A stretch of 64,000 nt of DNA from the NCBI RefSeq assembly GCF_006345805.1, contig NC_043003.1:46004001-46068000 (forward strand). The letters run 5' to 3'. This DNA comes from Octopus sinensis (lineage: Eukaryota). Positions 26,837-39,289 of this stretch are shown one piece after another; position 1 is the first letter of the stretch, and every line of letters starts with the position of its first letter. Made by a program: the position numbers and the translations under genes. The notes beneath the pieces were generated by a model. That model saw only the letters and a program-made list of their open reading frames with translations. It was not told where the DNA came from and ran no database searches.

Positions 26837-28009
26837 ATGTATGTATGTATGTATGTATGTATGTATGTATGTATGTATGTATGTATGTATGTATGTATGT
26901 ATGTATGTATGTATGTATGTATAACCAATATAATTAGCGAACAAGTTTACCAAGGAACTATAAAAAAAAGCGTAAAACAGAAAACAGCGGATGGAAAATC
27001 GTATGTAAGGTTGATGCTAAAAACTGGGATTATCTTGGCCGAGACCAACACTGTGTCACAAGGTAAAGACGAATTTAATACAATTGGTCCAAGCTATCAT
27101 TGTCACGCCTAACAAAAGAGAAGATCCGTCCGGAAGTGGCACTTATATACAAGACGAAAGACTCGAGAAAGGAAGTGAGACTAAGAACACAGCAAACAGA
27201 AGTGGAATGCTAAGACCAAAAGGCCAACCTTAATGTGGATTCTACTTAAGATATACCGGATGGCATACAGAGATGGAAATTCACTGGTGCAATGCTCAAC
27301 CTAAGCTCGGTCAGCTAGCAATTACTCTCAACTATACCCGCAGAACAGGGGACAGAAGTACCCGAGGAAGCCAGTTGGCCGCAGAATTTCTGTAGAAAAC
27401 TACCTAAAAAAAAAAAAATAAAAGACATTCTGTCCAACGTCTGTTCCAAAGGGAAGACAATGTGCTGATGTATTTCGAGGTGGAGTGGTCGAGCAACATG
27501 CATTTTCAGCCGCGACACAAAAGACAGTAAACCAGCGGTTCACATGGTTACAAACTTAACCCATACAGACATACATATATGGGCGTGACGCATAGTTATA
27601 GGCCGATTCGTTCCGTTTCCAGTTCATGTTGTTGGTATTTTGGCCATGTGTCTTCATTCTCCCAACAATCACACATACACACACTCACACACACACACAC
27701 AACACACACACACGCACACACACGCATGCGCACGAGCTTGCACACGCACATTCACACACATATAAATATCCGTCTCTTCTTTTTCGCTTTTTTCTCTTTT
27801 ATCTCCCTCTTTTTCTCTCTGTATGTATGTATATGTGTGTATATATATATATACGTATATGTATGTGTATGTGTGCATGGGTGTATGCGTGCGTGTGTGT
27901 GTGGGTGTGTATATATATACACAAACACATGCACACACATACACACTAGACATATATTATATGTATGTCTATATATCTATTACTTTTTTCTATCATTCTC
28001 TCTATCTAT

Positions 28010-28019
28010 CCATGTAGAC

Positions 28020-28091
<72 letters not shown>

Positions 28092-28460
28092 GTCTGTCTG
28101 TCTGTCTGTCTGTCTATGTATCTATCTATCTGTCTGTCTGTCTGTGTATCTATTTATCTGTCTGTCTGTCTGTCTATGTATCTATCTGTCTGTCTGTCTA
28201 TCTATCTGTCTATCTGTTTGTCTATGTATCTATCTGTCTATCTGTCTTTCTATGTATCTATCCATCTATCTGTCTGTCTGTCTATGTATCTATCTATCCA
28301 TCTATCTATCTATCTATCTGTTTGTCTGTCAGTCTGTCTATCAATCAATCTAACTATATATCTATCAATCTATCTATCTGTCTGCCTATCTATCTAATTA
28401 GCTTTCCATCTATCTATCTATCTATCTATCATCTATCTAATCTATCTATCTATATATATA
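28010..28460. repeat. Long (TCTA/TCTG)n tract; representative of the many (TA)n, (CA)n, (TACA)n, (GATA)n, (TAA)n and (TAG)n tracts in the window
   Basis: Directly visible. Other large tracts include 1080-1555, 6770-6853 (TAT)n, 19690-19870 (TA)n, 44091-44147 (TAG)n, 46085-46600 (TATG)n and 50790-50970 (GATA)n. Confidence 0.97.
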
Positions 28461-28472
28461 TATATATCTATC

Positions 28473-28503
<31 letters not shown>

Positions 28504-28785
28504 ATATTATATATAGTATATACCATATATATATATATACCATTCTCCCAACTTCCTGTACTGCACCAAAATGCCCGTTGCACACATCCACGTATGCCCA
28601 ATTCTATGAAACTCTATCTATCAATTTTACTCCATCACAATATCTAACCTTTCCCACCCGCGACCTTTAAACAAAACCCGGCCACCACCAACACTACCGC
28701 CGACACCATCACCATCGCCACCACTGCATTACCACGATACACTCAACAACATTTCAGCTGCAAGAATGCTGCACATATGCAGTTG

Positions 28786-28885
28786 NNNNNNNNNNNNNNN
28801 NNNNNNNNNNNNNNNNNNNNNNNNNNNNNNNNNNNNNNNNNNNNNNNNNNNNNNNNNNNNNNNNNNNNNNNNNNNNNNNNNNNNN
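28786..28885. other. Assembly gap (100 N)
   Basis: Run of N; true distance unknown. Confidence 0.99.
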
Positions 28886-29803
28886 GAAGATGATGATGAT
28901 GATGATGAAACAGCAGCAGCAGCAGCATTTCAAAGTTATATAGACGTAAATATAAAAAAGAAAGTTAGTTTGTTCTCATTAGGATGCAATGGAGAACCAA
29001 TCATTAAATTAGTTTGATTCATGATTTACAAATCATAGTTCAAGCTAGAGTCCTACTACGAACTGTCCTAAGGTTTCTAAAACGTCTCTCAAAGTGAATC
29101 ACGGTTTCTTTGAAGTTAAAATATATTGTACGTGCTGCAGGATGTTTCTAGTTGTGTATGACCTCAGTCTTGTGCGACCTTTGTTGCTGCTGCTCATCTT
29201 TCTTGTTGTTGTAGTGATTGAGGTTGTTGTTGTTGTTTTTGTTCCGCCCGAGGCAATTCAGTTCTAATTTGGTAGACCACTGATCAAAGAGTAACAGTCA
29301 TGAACCATCCCTCATTGTTTACAGACAATATATTTTGGGCTATTATCCAAATTGTGTTGTTGCTATATATTTTTTTTTTATTAATTTTAAGATGATAGAA
29401 ATGAAGTTCAAAGGAATATAGTTGTGATTTCTAGCAAGCCGTTTGACCACGTGGGTAATCTTAAATTTGTCACGTCTTCCCTGTTGTTCCCTGGGTATGC
29501 TGACCTTATGTTTATGTATGTACGTGTGCGTGTATGTGTACCAGCTTGTGTGCGTGCGGACGTGTTTGTGAGTGTTTAGAATATTCATATATTACATTAT
29601 CAAATACATATATACACTCACGAAAACACCCAACGCACACAAGCAGGCACACATATATATGCACATGCATACATGTACACATCTGTGCATGTATATAGAG
29701 ACATAGATAGATACAAATAAATATTTACATATATATATATACACATATATATATATATACATATAAGTGTGTATACTCATAATATATATATATATACACA
29801 CAC

Positions 29804-29841
<38 letters not shown>

Positions 29842-30667
29842 GCGTTCTTGTCACATTTTGCATTTTATTATATATATATATATATATACATTATATATAT
29901 ATATATATATATATATAGATAATATAATAATATTATATACATATATATATATACATATATACATATATATATAATTGGTGCATGTTTTTATGTGCAAGTG
30001 ATACTTTTACAATAAATGTACTTCATTCACCTTCCAATTTGTTATATTGTAAGCAACGTGTTTTATCATCTATTTTTATTTTGGGTCGTTTTTAACGTTA
30101 CCCCAAGAAATTAGTAATACTATTTCGAGTTGAGACGTTACATCTAACAGATCTTAATCACTGTAATGACTCAGTAGCTTCTAGAATCTATATTATCTTG
30201 GCTGATATCAGTTTCCATGATTCCATCCTAGAAAGTGGCTTTGACTCACCTGTTTGTAACTAAATGTCTATCACAATATTATTGATGGCGCGGTAAAGAT
30301 TCTACCAGCTCGCTGCCTCTCTTTGTCTATATTGTAATTAAAGAAAGATGGTTGTGGAAGAATCAGCTGAGTGCCACGCTAAACGCATTGGGACATTTAG
30401 CATCGTACAGTTTGAACTCAACAGTAAGGTAGATTCAAAGGATTAGTAACGGTACAGCTCACATACCTCTTCTCGTTTATTTGCGTATTTAGTTTTCGGG
30501 TTTCAAATCCCACTGTTTTATGTTGCTTTTTTTTTTCCAACCGACCTTGTCTTTCATCGTTCCGCGTTTCGTAATATGAATAAAGAACCGGTCAAGTACT
30601 CGAGTCAATTTAATCGACTACACATATAGCCTACATTTGAAGCATTATGTAATATTAGGGTTGCAAA

Positions 30668-31185
30668 AAGGCGACGAGACGGAGGTATCGTTTGCAGGCC
30701 GGGCGAAATGCTTTGCGACATTTCGTCCGCCTTCACGTTCTGAGTTCAAATTCCGACGAAGTCGACTTTACTTTTCATCCTTTCGAGATCGATAAAATAA
30801 GTACCAGTTCAGGTCGACGTAACCGCCATATCCCCTCCCCTGAACTTTCTGGCCTTGTGCCATAATTTGAAACCAATATTTTATAAACATCAAAGCAGGG
30901 AGCTGGCAGAATCGTTAGCACCATCTTTACGTTCTGAGTTCGAATTCCGCCGATGTGGACGTTTTCTTGAGGTGCCGAGTTGGCAGAATCGTTAGTACGC
31001 CGGACAAAGTGCCTAGTAGCATTTCTTCTGACTTTACGTTCTGAGTTCAAATGCTGCCGGGGGTCGATTTGTCTGTCATCCCTTTGGGATCGATAAAATA
31101 AATATCCTTTGAGCACAGGGTTTGCTGTAATCAACTGAACCCCACCTCCGAAATTACTAGCCTTGGACCGAAATTTGAAACCAGT
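30668..31185 (+). mobile_element. Array of about four partial SINE family B copies
   Basis: Heads ggcgacgagac / gagctggcagaatcgttagc / gagttggcagaatcgttagt and repeated cgttctgagttcaaat. Confidence 0.82.
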
Positions 31186-32103
31186 GTTAGGATTAAAAGA
31201 AGTAAGTATATTCAGAGAATAGGCGCTTCTCAGACAAAAGTCGCTGTAAAAGTTATCACAAAAATAATCGAACATTAAGAAAACACGTTCCTTTTCATCT
31301 CACCTTTCTCGGAAGTCTAGAATATGTAAAAGGTCTCGGGTTCTGCTTCTTCGTTTGACTAGCTAGTAGAAAAAAAAGCTATTATTTATGGCATTTCATT
31401 GGAGTGCGACATTTTTTTTTCCTGTCAAAATTGTCTTTCTTCAGTGATCTGTTTTTTCTACAATTATATCCATTCACAACTTTTATCGAATTAGAAAATA
31501 TTTGATCTAGTTCTACATGCTCTCCATAATTTGAATTTTGTATAGTATGCTTCTTGTACGCTGTTAAACTATAGCGTTCTTTCATGCACTTTAGGACTAT
31601 TTGCACATCATTAATTTTTTTCTAATTTTGACATAAGGCCATCAATTATCTGAGTTAAGGAAGCTGACGAAATTGACTCCAGTTCTGAACTATTTATTTT
31701 ATTGACCACGGAAGGATGAACGGCAAAGTCGACTTCGGTGACATTTCAACTTATAACGTAAGTGGGCGTAAAGTACTTTGTCTGGCACGGTGACGATTCT
31801 GTTAGTTCGCCATCTTTATTTTGTATATAAATAATGATTTTGAAACGAGGTAGATTGGCAGGATCCATTTGTGCCGAACTAAATACCTTGTGATATTCAG
31901 CCACATACGGTTTGACTCTAGATCACGTTGTGATCAACAGTTTTCTGGATAGATAAAGGCAGTACCAAATAAATATTAGTGTTTATCAGGCCAAATATTC
32001 TCCATCATCACATTTGATACAATTTAAAAAATGAAGCAATGTAAGTACGTAATACAAGAACATGCTACAACCAAATATAATATAGGTAATATACTCAGTC
32101 CTC

Positions 32104-32340
32104 TAAGGCGGCAAGGTGGCAGAAACGTTAGCACACCGGGCGAAATGCTTAGCAGTATTCCGTCTGTCTTTATGTTCTGAGTTCAAATTTCGCCGAGGTC
32201 GATTTTGACTTTCGTCCTTTCAGGGTCGTTTGAATAAGTACCAGTTACGCACTGGGGTCAATATAATCGACTTAATATCTTTGTCCATGTTCAGTCCATG
32301 TTATGTTAGCTCCTGGTGGTCAATAAAGAAATAAATATAT
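32104..32340 (+). mobile_element. SINE family B, near full length
   Basis: aaggcggcaaggtggcagaaacgttagc...ggtcaataaagaaataa. Confidence 0.85.
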
Positions 32341-32419
32341 TTAGTCCACTTATTTTATTATGATAGCTTTCTATATTCTAAACCTTAATGGTTAGAGTAC
32401 TAAGCTCTTTTTTTTTTAC

Positions 32420-32745
32420 TGCATTTCGGTTGGTAAATGCTAGGGTGAAGGGTCCCTTCGGTCATGAATGTCCATGGGATTACACCTAGAATGTTACCCT
32501 CCGGGGAACAAGCACGGGCAAGGTTGTTTTGTGGAAGGCCAGTAGACGCCCATGCATACCAGCCTCCCCTTTCCACACCGCCGATGTTACCCAAGAGAAA
32601 GGCAAAGGCCGATACTGCTTTGCACTAGTGACGTCGCAACTCATTTCTACAGCTGATGGAAGTGGAGCAACACAAAAATAAAAGTGTCTTGCTCAAGGAC
32701 CCGACACATATCACGGTCCGGGAATCGAACTCACTATCTCGTGAG
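32420..32745 (-). mobile_element. tRNA-derived SINE, a further family
   Basis: Minus strand B box gagttcgattcccgg, ccttgagcaagacactt, distinct 3' body. Confidence 0.6.
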
Positions 32746-32850
32746 CCATGGAAAATAATATTTACTACGTTAAACACTAATAGACCAATGAATTGTTAGG
32801 ACACCAAAAATTCGGTCCTCATTAATGGTATGTCATGACTAAAACCAAAG

Positions 32851-33178
32851 TGCATGTGTGGCTGTGTAGTAAGAAGCTTGCTTACCAACCGCATGGCTCT
32901 GGGTTCAATCTCACTGCGTGGTACTTTGGGCATGTTTCAACTGCTATAGCCTCGAGCCAACCAAAGCTTTGTAAGTGGATTCGGTAGACGGAGACTGAAA
33001 GAAGCCCGACGTATATATGTGTGTGTGTGCGCTCGCGCGCGCGTTTGTCTCTGTGATTTCATAGCTGTAATATAACGGTTCAGTAAAATAGACAGGCTTT
33101 AAGAAATGGGTGGATTAAAAATTCAAGGCGATGCCCCAACATGGTCGCAGTCTAATGACTGAAACTAGTAAAAGATAA
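32851..33178 (+). mobile_element. SINE family A
   Basis: gtggctgtgtagtaagaagcttgcttacc...gcagtctaatgactgaaac. Confidence 0.8.
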
Positions 33179-34336
33179 ATGTTAGACAATACTGATGCCG
33201 CAATGACCGATCGATTACCACTAAGTTGTGAACTGAAAGCCAATTATATTTAGAATACTTGAATGAAGTGCTTATTTATACAACTGCTTTGAGGAGTGAT
33301 TACTAATGCTAGTGACAAAAAAATAGTTGCAGCATGAAATAAAGCGTGTTACGGTCTCGGTTCACAGCTAGCTTCACATAAGGAAAGTCCTTATTACCTA
33401 GTTTAATTCACTGCAGATTTTGAATATTAATCCGGTTCAGTTGTTATTGAGGACAAAACTAATAAATTTAAAGGATCGACAAAATTAAAACGCCCCAAGT
33501 GTGTATAATACTTTAAAGACCCCCCCCTACGTTTTTATATTTCAATGTTCGAGTCATTTCCAACTGATTTTAATTGACCTAATTTTTTTTAAACTTCTAA
33601 GCTCACATCAAAGGAACAAAATGCTTCAAGAACCATCTAAACTGAAATACATTTCAATTCTCCCCGATCATTGCTAACTAAATAATTTAATTATCAAAGA
33701 GATAACCCCATCCCCCAATCACTTTTTTAACAAGGTCTAATAAACAATAGTTCCTTTTAATAAACAACTGTTTTAGGGCGACCGCCCTAATTTACTCCGC
33801 TGGAGAACAAACATGCAAACATATGAATGCACTGACTCACACAGATACATTACTTCTCACACATGCTCACAGATATGCACTATGCGCATACACATAGACA
33901 GAGTCGCAATGGTATACACAATTTAAATACTGAAATTTTGTGGACATACTTACTGGTGACGCATATTAAATGTTGATATTATTGTCTACATTGTATGTGT
34001 GTATATATGTGTGTGTGTTTCTGTGTGGACGCGCATATATCTGTTGTGACTCAGATATTTGCGTTTCGTGTTGTGCGTTGCGTATAGCTTTGGGAGATTT
34101 TCTATGATATGAGTAAATATGTGAGGTGATGTGTGTCTGTGTGCATACATGTATGCGACTGTATGAGTGTATTTGTGAATGTGTGCTTGAGTGTGCACGT
34201 ATGTGCATATTTTTTATGTGCAGTTATGTATATAAATATATGTATTTATGTTTATATATATATACATATATATTCACAAAAATACATATATACGATATAT
34301 TTAATACTGTATATCTATATACGTTTATACGCACGC

Positions 34337-34372
<36 letters not shown>

Positions 34373-34410
34373 GTATATATTGATGCATATGCATATGTAC
34401 ACACACACAC

Positions 34411-34444
<34 letters not shown>

Positions 34445-35075
34445 TATATTATATATATATTATATATATATATATTTGTGTGTATGCGTGTGTGTGTCTG
34501 TGTGTTGTGTGCACAAATTTCGTATGAACATATACTTACATATATATGCACAATGCATGTATGTATGAGTGAGCAAGTGCTTGTCTGTATGCATTCGTGT
34601 GTGCTTCTGTGTGTGTGTGTTTGTGTATGTGTGTGCGTGGCGTTTTTACAGATCTTATGTATAACACAATGAAACCTATTTACAACGTTAAGCAAAAACA
34701 TAGATACATGCGGAGAAAGAATGGTATTCTAAAGTTCTACAACATAACAGTACGTACTTCCCTCAATGTGACACCCCACCTTCAGCTCTCAAAACGGCTC
34801 TTAAATCCCCCAGCCAAGAAGTATTTATTGTATTTATTGGGATTAAAAAAAAAATGTATGTACATATATAGTGAAACAAAATAAAGTGATGCAACAAAAG
34901 GAAAAACTACGAAGATTAAATGTGACCGTGACCTATAAAAGAGAAAAGAACCCGAAGGTTCTGTTTTAAATGGTTTCGTGTGTTTCTTTGAATAACGCGA
35001 AGGAGTAAGGACCACAGTGAGGATATGCATATACACATACATGCATTCATACATACATACATGTATACATATATG

Positions 35076-35112
<37 letters not shown>

Positions 35113-35445
35113 GTATCTGTGTATATATGTGTATATATATGTGTATATATATGTATATATATATACATATACATATGTATACACAAACACACACATACGC
35201 ACACATATAGAAAATTAATTGAGACAGAAGTTTGCAATGTTTCAATAAAAAGATATAAATAGAGAGAGAGAGAGAGATACACACACACACGCGCACACAC
35301 ACATACATACATAAACATACATATCTTTTGCTTGTTTCAGAATCTGCCTTCAAGAATCCCTTAATCGAATGAATGGATGCTTATATATGTGTGTGTGTTC
35401 AATAATTTAAATAAATATAAAACATAAATGCATATATATATATAT

Positions 35446-36555
35446 CTCCCAACCCGGCTCGTTCCCCTGCTCCCGCCCACGTTGCCTCACTTGCCCTTAC
35501 CTCTCCAACACCACCCGCTCACTAGCACCACCATCGACACTATCCCATCATCCACTCCTTCACCTGCACCTCCAGCAATATTGCGTTCTGCTCTCTCTGC
35601 AATCCTTGTACATCGGACAAACGGGACGCCGCTTGGCTGACCGGTTCGCGGAACACCTTCGTGACATCCACCTTGCGAACGACACACCGTCTCACGCCAT
35701 TTCCGCTCCACCGGTCACTCCTTGCAACACCTATCTGTGTTCGGTTTGTCCTTACACAGAGGCATCCGGATTCCCGTTTGCGCCGTGAACAGGAATTAAT
35801 CTTCTCTCTTCGCTCTTATACGCCATTTGGTCTCAACTCTCCCCCCCTCCTCATCTAACCCCTCGCCCCCCTCCTCACCTATCCTCCCCCCGACCCCTAC
35901 TTCTTCAGTCCTCATCCTTTCACCCCTACTCCCCTTCCTTCTTCCCTCTTTCTCCCTCCCTCCTTCCCTCTTCCCTCTGCTCCCTCACTCCCCTTCTCTC
36001 CCCCCTATTTCCTCCCCCTCCTCCTCACCTTCCTTCTCCCCCTCTCTCTTCTCTACCCTCCCCCTCTTCTCCCCCTCCCCTCTTATTCCCCCTCCCCTTT
36101 CTCCTCACTACACCACACGACTTTACACATCACATCATATATGATGTGCCACATTATAATACAACACAACTAATACATACTAATACGTACTAATACGTAC
36201 TCACATACTAATACATACACAACCCTATACATACGCCTGTCCAGACCTATCCTAGGGTCACTCAACCCTATTATCAACCCTATTATCTCCCCTTATTTCG
36301 CTCTCGCGTCTCATGTTTGATCTTTGACCTCTGGCCGAAATCAGATCGCCATGTTGATTCGTTAGTTACTGCACGCATTTTTTTTCTCTCCTTCTTTCTG
36401 TGTTTTTTTTCTCTCTGTGTATCTTTCTGTGAAGAGCGTAGGCTCGAAACGTTAAAGACTGTTTTATTATATTTCCTGAGCGCCATACTAATACAACAAT
36501 TTGTTTGTTTTCCACCTGCCTTCGTCTTTTGTCTATTTTCATAAAGCTTCCCGTT
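35446..36555 (+). mobile_element. Second, more 5'-truncated copy of the same Neptune-type PLE (GIY-YIG remnant, 3' UTR, pLTR)
   Basis: Near-identical to the reverse complement of ~60935-62046. Encodes YIGQTGRRLADRFAEHLRDI and RLRREQELIFSLRSYTPFGLNS in shifted frames. Flanked by (TA)n on both sides. Confidence 0.92.
36422..36458 (+). ncRNA. Hammerhead motif of the second Neptune copy (1-nt deletion in core)
   Basis: TCTTT CTGTGA A GAGC GTAG GCTC GAAAC GTT AAAGA. Confidence 0.65.
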
Positions 36556-36576
36556 ATATATATATATATTATATAT

Positions 36577-36730
36577 AGGGAGGCTTCACACACGAAATAA
36601 AAACAAAATACGAAGACAGGTGGTGTAGACAACAAACAGATGTATTAGTATAACGCTCGGGAAGTGAAAAGGTCTTTAAAGTTTCGAGCCTACGCTTTTC
36701 CACAGAAAGGAACACAGAAAGAAACAAGGA
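36577..36730 (-). mobile_element. Diverged pLTR fragment of a related PLE, inverted relative to 36422-36555, with a degenerate hammerhead (~36673-36710)
   Basis: Reverse complement CCTTT CTGTGGA A AAGC GTAG GCTC GAAAC TTT AAAGA, followed by gagcgttatactaataca...ccacctgtcttcgt, which resembles 36477-36530. Confidence 0.65.
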
Positions 36731-37104
36731 GAGAAAATAAAGAATGTGTAGTGGCTAGCGATCTATCATGACGATCTATCATATATATATATATATATAT
36801 ATATAATTGAAGAATACATAGAAAGTTGTTGCTACAGTAATATATATTTGAAGAAACGAATAAAGATGGCTTTTCTGATAATCATTCCACTGTAATAATT
36901 AGTTGCTTATAAGTTTACAAAAGGTTTTCTAAACCCATAAACATCAAATTATTAAAGTGGAGAAATTATCAGAAAAGCCATTTTTATTCAATTTTTTCAA
37001 ACAAATCTATATGTATATACGTGTGCGTGTGTGTATAACAAGCCTTCTTGCATCTATATAATATACTTATATATGCAAAATGCAGACATATACATATATA
37101 TATA

Positions 37105-37325
37105 TTTATATATATATGACCACGTGTGTATCGTTGGCGATTTTTTTCCTTCGTCTTCCCTTCCTTGGATCTTTCCTTTTCTTATGTTTCTGACGAAGAG
37201 CTCCGCTCGAAACGTTAAGACCTCCTTCTTTCTTTCCTTTCCGGAGCGTCCAATAATACTATACGTGTTCCACGTCCTCGCGTTGTTGTGTTTCTCTTTG
37301 TGTTTTCATGTTTTGATTAACTATA
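37105..37325 (+). mobile_element. PLE pLTR fragment (GAGC-UCC-GCUC hammerhead family)
   Basis: Carries the hammerhead at 37186-37220. Homologous to reverse complements of 3783-4000 and 4476-4700 and to degenerate 17200-17295. Confidence 0.7.
37186..37220 (+). ncRNA. Minimal hammerhead motif, canonical core
   Basis: GTTT CTGACGA A GAGC TCC GCTC GAAAC GTT AAGA; stem I is weak in this copy. Confidence 0.72.
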
Positions 37326-37427
37326 TGTGTGTATATATACCGGAGTAAACACATAAATGTGAAACAAGGTGGAAAAAAAGTACTCAAATACCAGTGGTAG
37401 AGTAATATGCTTTATTTAAAGCAGCAG

Positions 37428-37467
37428 AAAACTCTGAGTTTCACGTATCCGTTCGTCGGACAGTTTT
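37428..37467 (-). ncRNA. Ultra-minimal hammerhead-like motif (CCGACGA core, GAAACUC)
   Basis: Minus strand: AAAACTGT CCGACGA ACG GATA CGT GAAAC TC AGAGTTTT; a second copy lies at 54400-54435. Confidence 0.5.
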
Positions 37468-37845
37468 TGCTAGTGTGTGTGTATATATATGCATATATAG
37501 AGAGCATAAATACATATGTGTTGTATCTGTGTGCGCGCGCGTTCATAAATATAGTCACTCTAATTTACCAAGAAAATTACTAACATTTCAATGACGTAGC
37601 ATCTTCTTACATATCTATTCATTCTTCGTAAACCGGTGATTGAACACGAATTTTCAAAAAATTACCGCCAGTCCTCGAAGTAGGTCTTTGTTTTTTTTTA
37701 CTTCTTTATCGAAGTAAAATATACGCGGTCAAGAAAAAACGAGCTTCGTGTATGTCAAATGTACTAAGGTTTCTCCCATCCATGTAATTTAGACTATTTC
37801 AGAAAAATAATATCTTGTGTGGCAACACATGCGTGCGTACACACA

Positions 37846-37878
<33 letters not shown>

Positions 37879-37959
37879 TACACGCGCACATACAAAACAT
37901 GCATACCTACATACACACAAAGCATATATACACACGTGCACACTTCCACAGTTGGCGTG

Positions 37960-38335
37960 ACTTTGCCAGCCACATGGTTCCGGGTTCAGTCCCGCTGTGT
38001 GGCAAATTCAGCAAATGTCTTTTATTATAGCAACGGGTCAACCAAAGCCTTGTGAGTGGATTTGATAGACGGAAACCGAAAAAAGCCTGTGTATATATAT
38101 ATGTATATATGCATGTGTATACTTATATGTATGTTTGTCCCCCTGCCATTGCTTCAAAACCGATGCTGTTGTGTTTGTGTCTCCGAAACTTAGTGGTTCG
38201 GAAAAATAGACCGATAGAGTAAGAACTAGGCTTACAAAGAATAAGTTCTGGGGTCGGTTTCTTCGTCTAAAACCTTTTAATATGATGCTCCAGCATGGCT
38301 GCTGTCAACTGACTGAAAAAGTAAAACGCTAAAAA
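37960..38335 (+). mobile_element. SINE family A
   Basis: cacatggttccgggttcagtcc...ccagcatggctgctgtcaactgactgaaa. Confidence 0.8.
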
Positions 38336-39003
38336 GAATAATGAAGAAATATATTTCCTCATCTATAATTAATGAATAAAATCTTACCCGACGCTTATTA
38401 TTACGCAATCAAGCAAAACATTATAAACATGGTGCTCTATCATGGCCGCAGTCAAATGTTTGAAACAAGTAGAAGAATAAAAGAATAAGAGAATAGAAAC
38501 AGATTCATCCATGCACGTAGGACCACACCCGAATAAATAATCGTAAATAACAAGATTTTATACATAATTTAAACATGGAGCTTAAACAATGAAAGTATAT
38601 CAGGTACATACTTATATAATTTATATAACATGAGAAACGAGGCAGAATACAAAAATATATTTCATTGATTTTTACCGTATTTTGTCAACAATAACGTTGC
38701 TACTCATAAGCTTCCCACCTACCGATCGTTAGTACAAAATATTTATGACGTAATGAGTGCTGCGGAAATGGTTTCACACGGGAGCGGAACAAATATCATA
38801 AATTGTATTTGTTGGAGTGCACAGGATTACCCAGATTTCTCCCGTCTCCATTAGCTTGCACCGATATACATCGACGTCACACGCACAAGCACATACACAC
38901 ACGCTCACACACAGAGATACACACATACACATACATACATACATACACATACACGCATACTCCTCATAAATATACTTATCTATCCATCCAAACAGACTCG
39001 GAT

Positions 39004-39047
<44 letters not shown>

Positions 39048-39112
39048 AATACATACATACAGACATACATAAATACATACATACATACGTACGTATATAC
39101 ATACATATACAA

Positions 39113-39289
39113 AAATAAATAAATGGTGTTAAACGCAGGTGTTATTGAAATTCTTTTACTTCCGACACATGTTTCGAAGATTTCATTGGTATTATTCCAA
39201 AAGAATAAAATGAATAATGCCAATGATATCTTCGAAACATTTGTCGGAAGAGAATTTGAATAACACCTGCGTTTTCCATTTATTTATTT
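39113..39289. repeat. Long near-perfect inverted repeat (hairpin, ~80-bp arms)
   Basis: aaacgcaggtgttattgaaattct...cattggtattattc / gaataatgccaatg...agaatttgaataacacctgcgttt. Confidence 0.85.

Noticed and set aside
26368-26937. Plus-strand ORFs 26368-26697 and 26710-26937
   Set aside because: Antisense to the RLE endonuclease remnant, with microsatellite at their ends.
28743-29017. ORFs spanning the N run
   Set aside because: Artefacts of the assembly gap.
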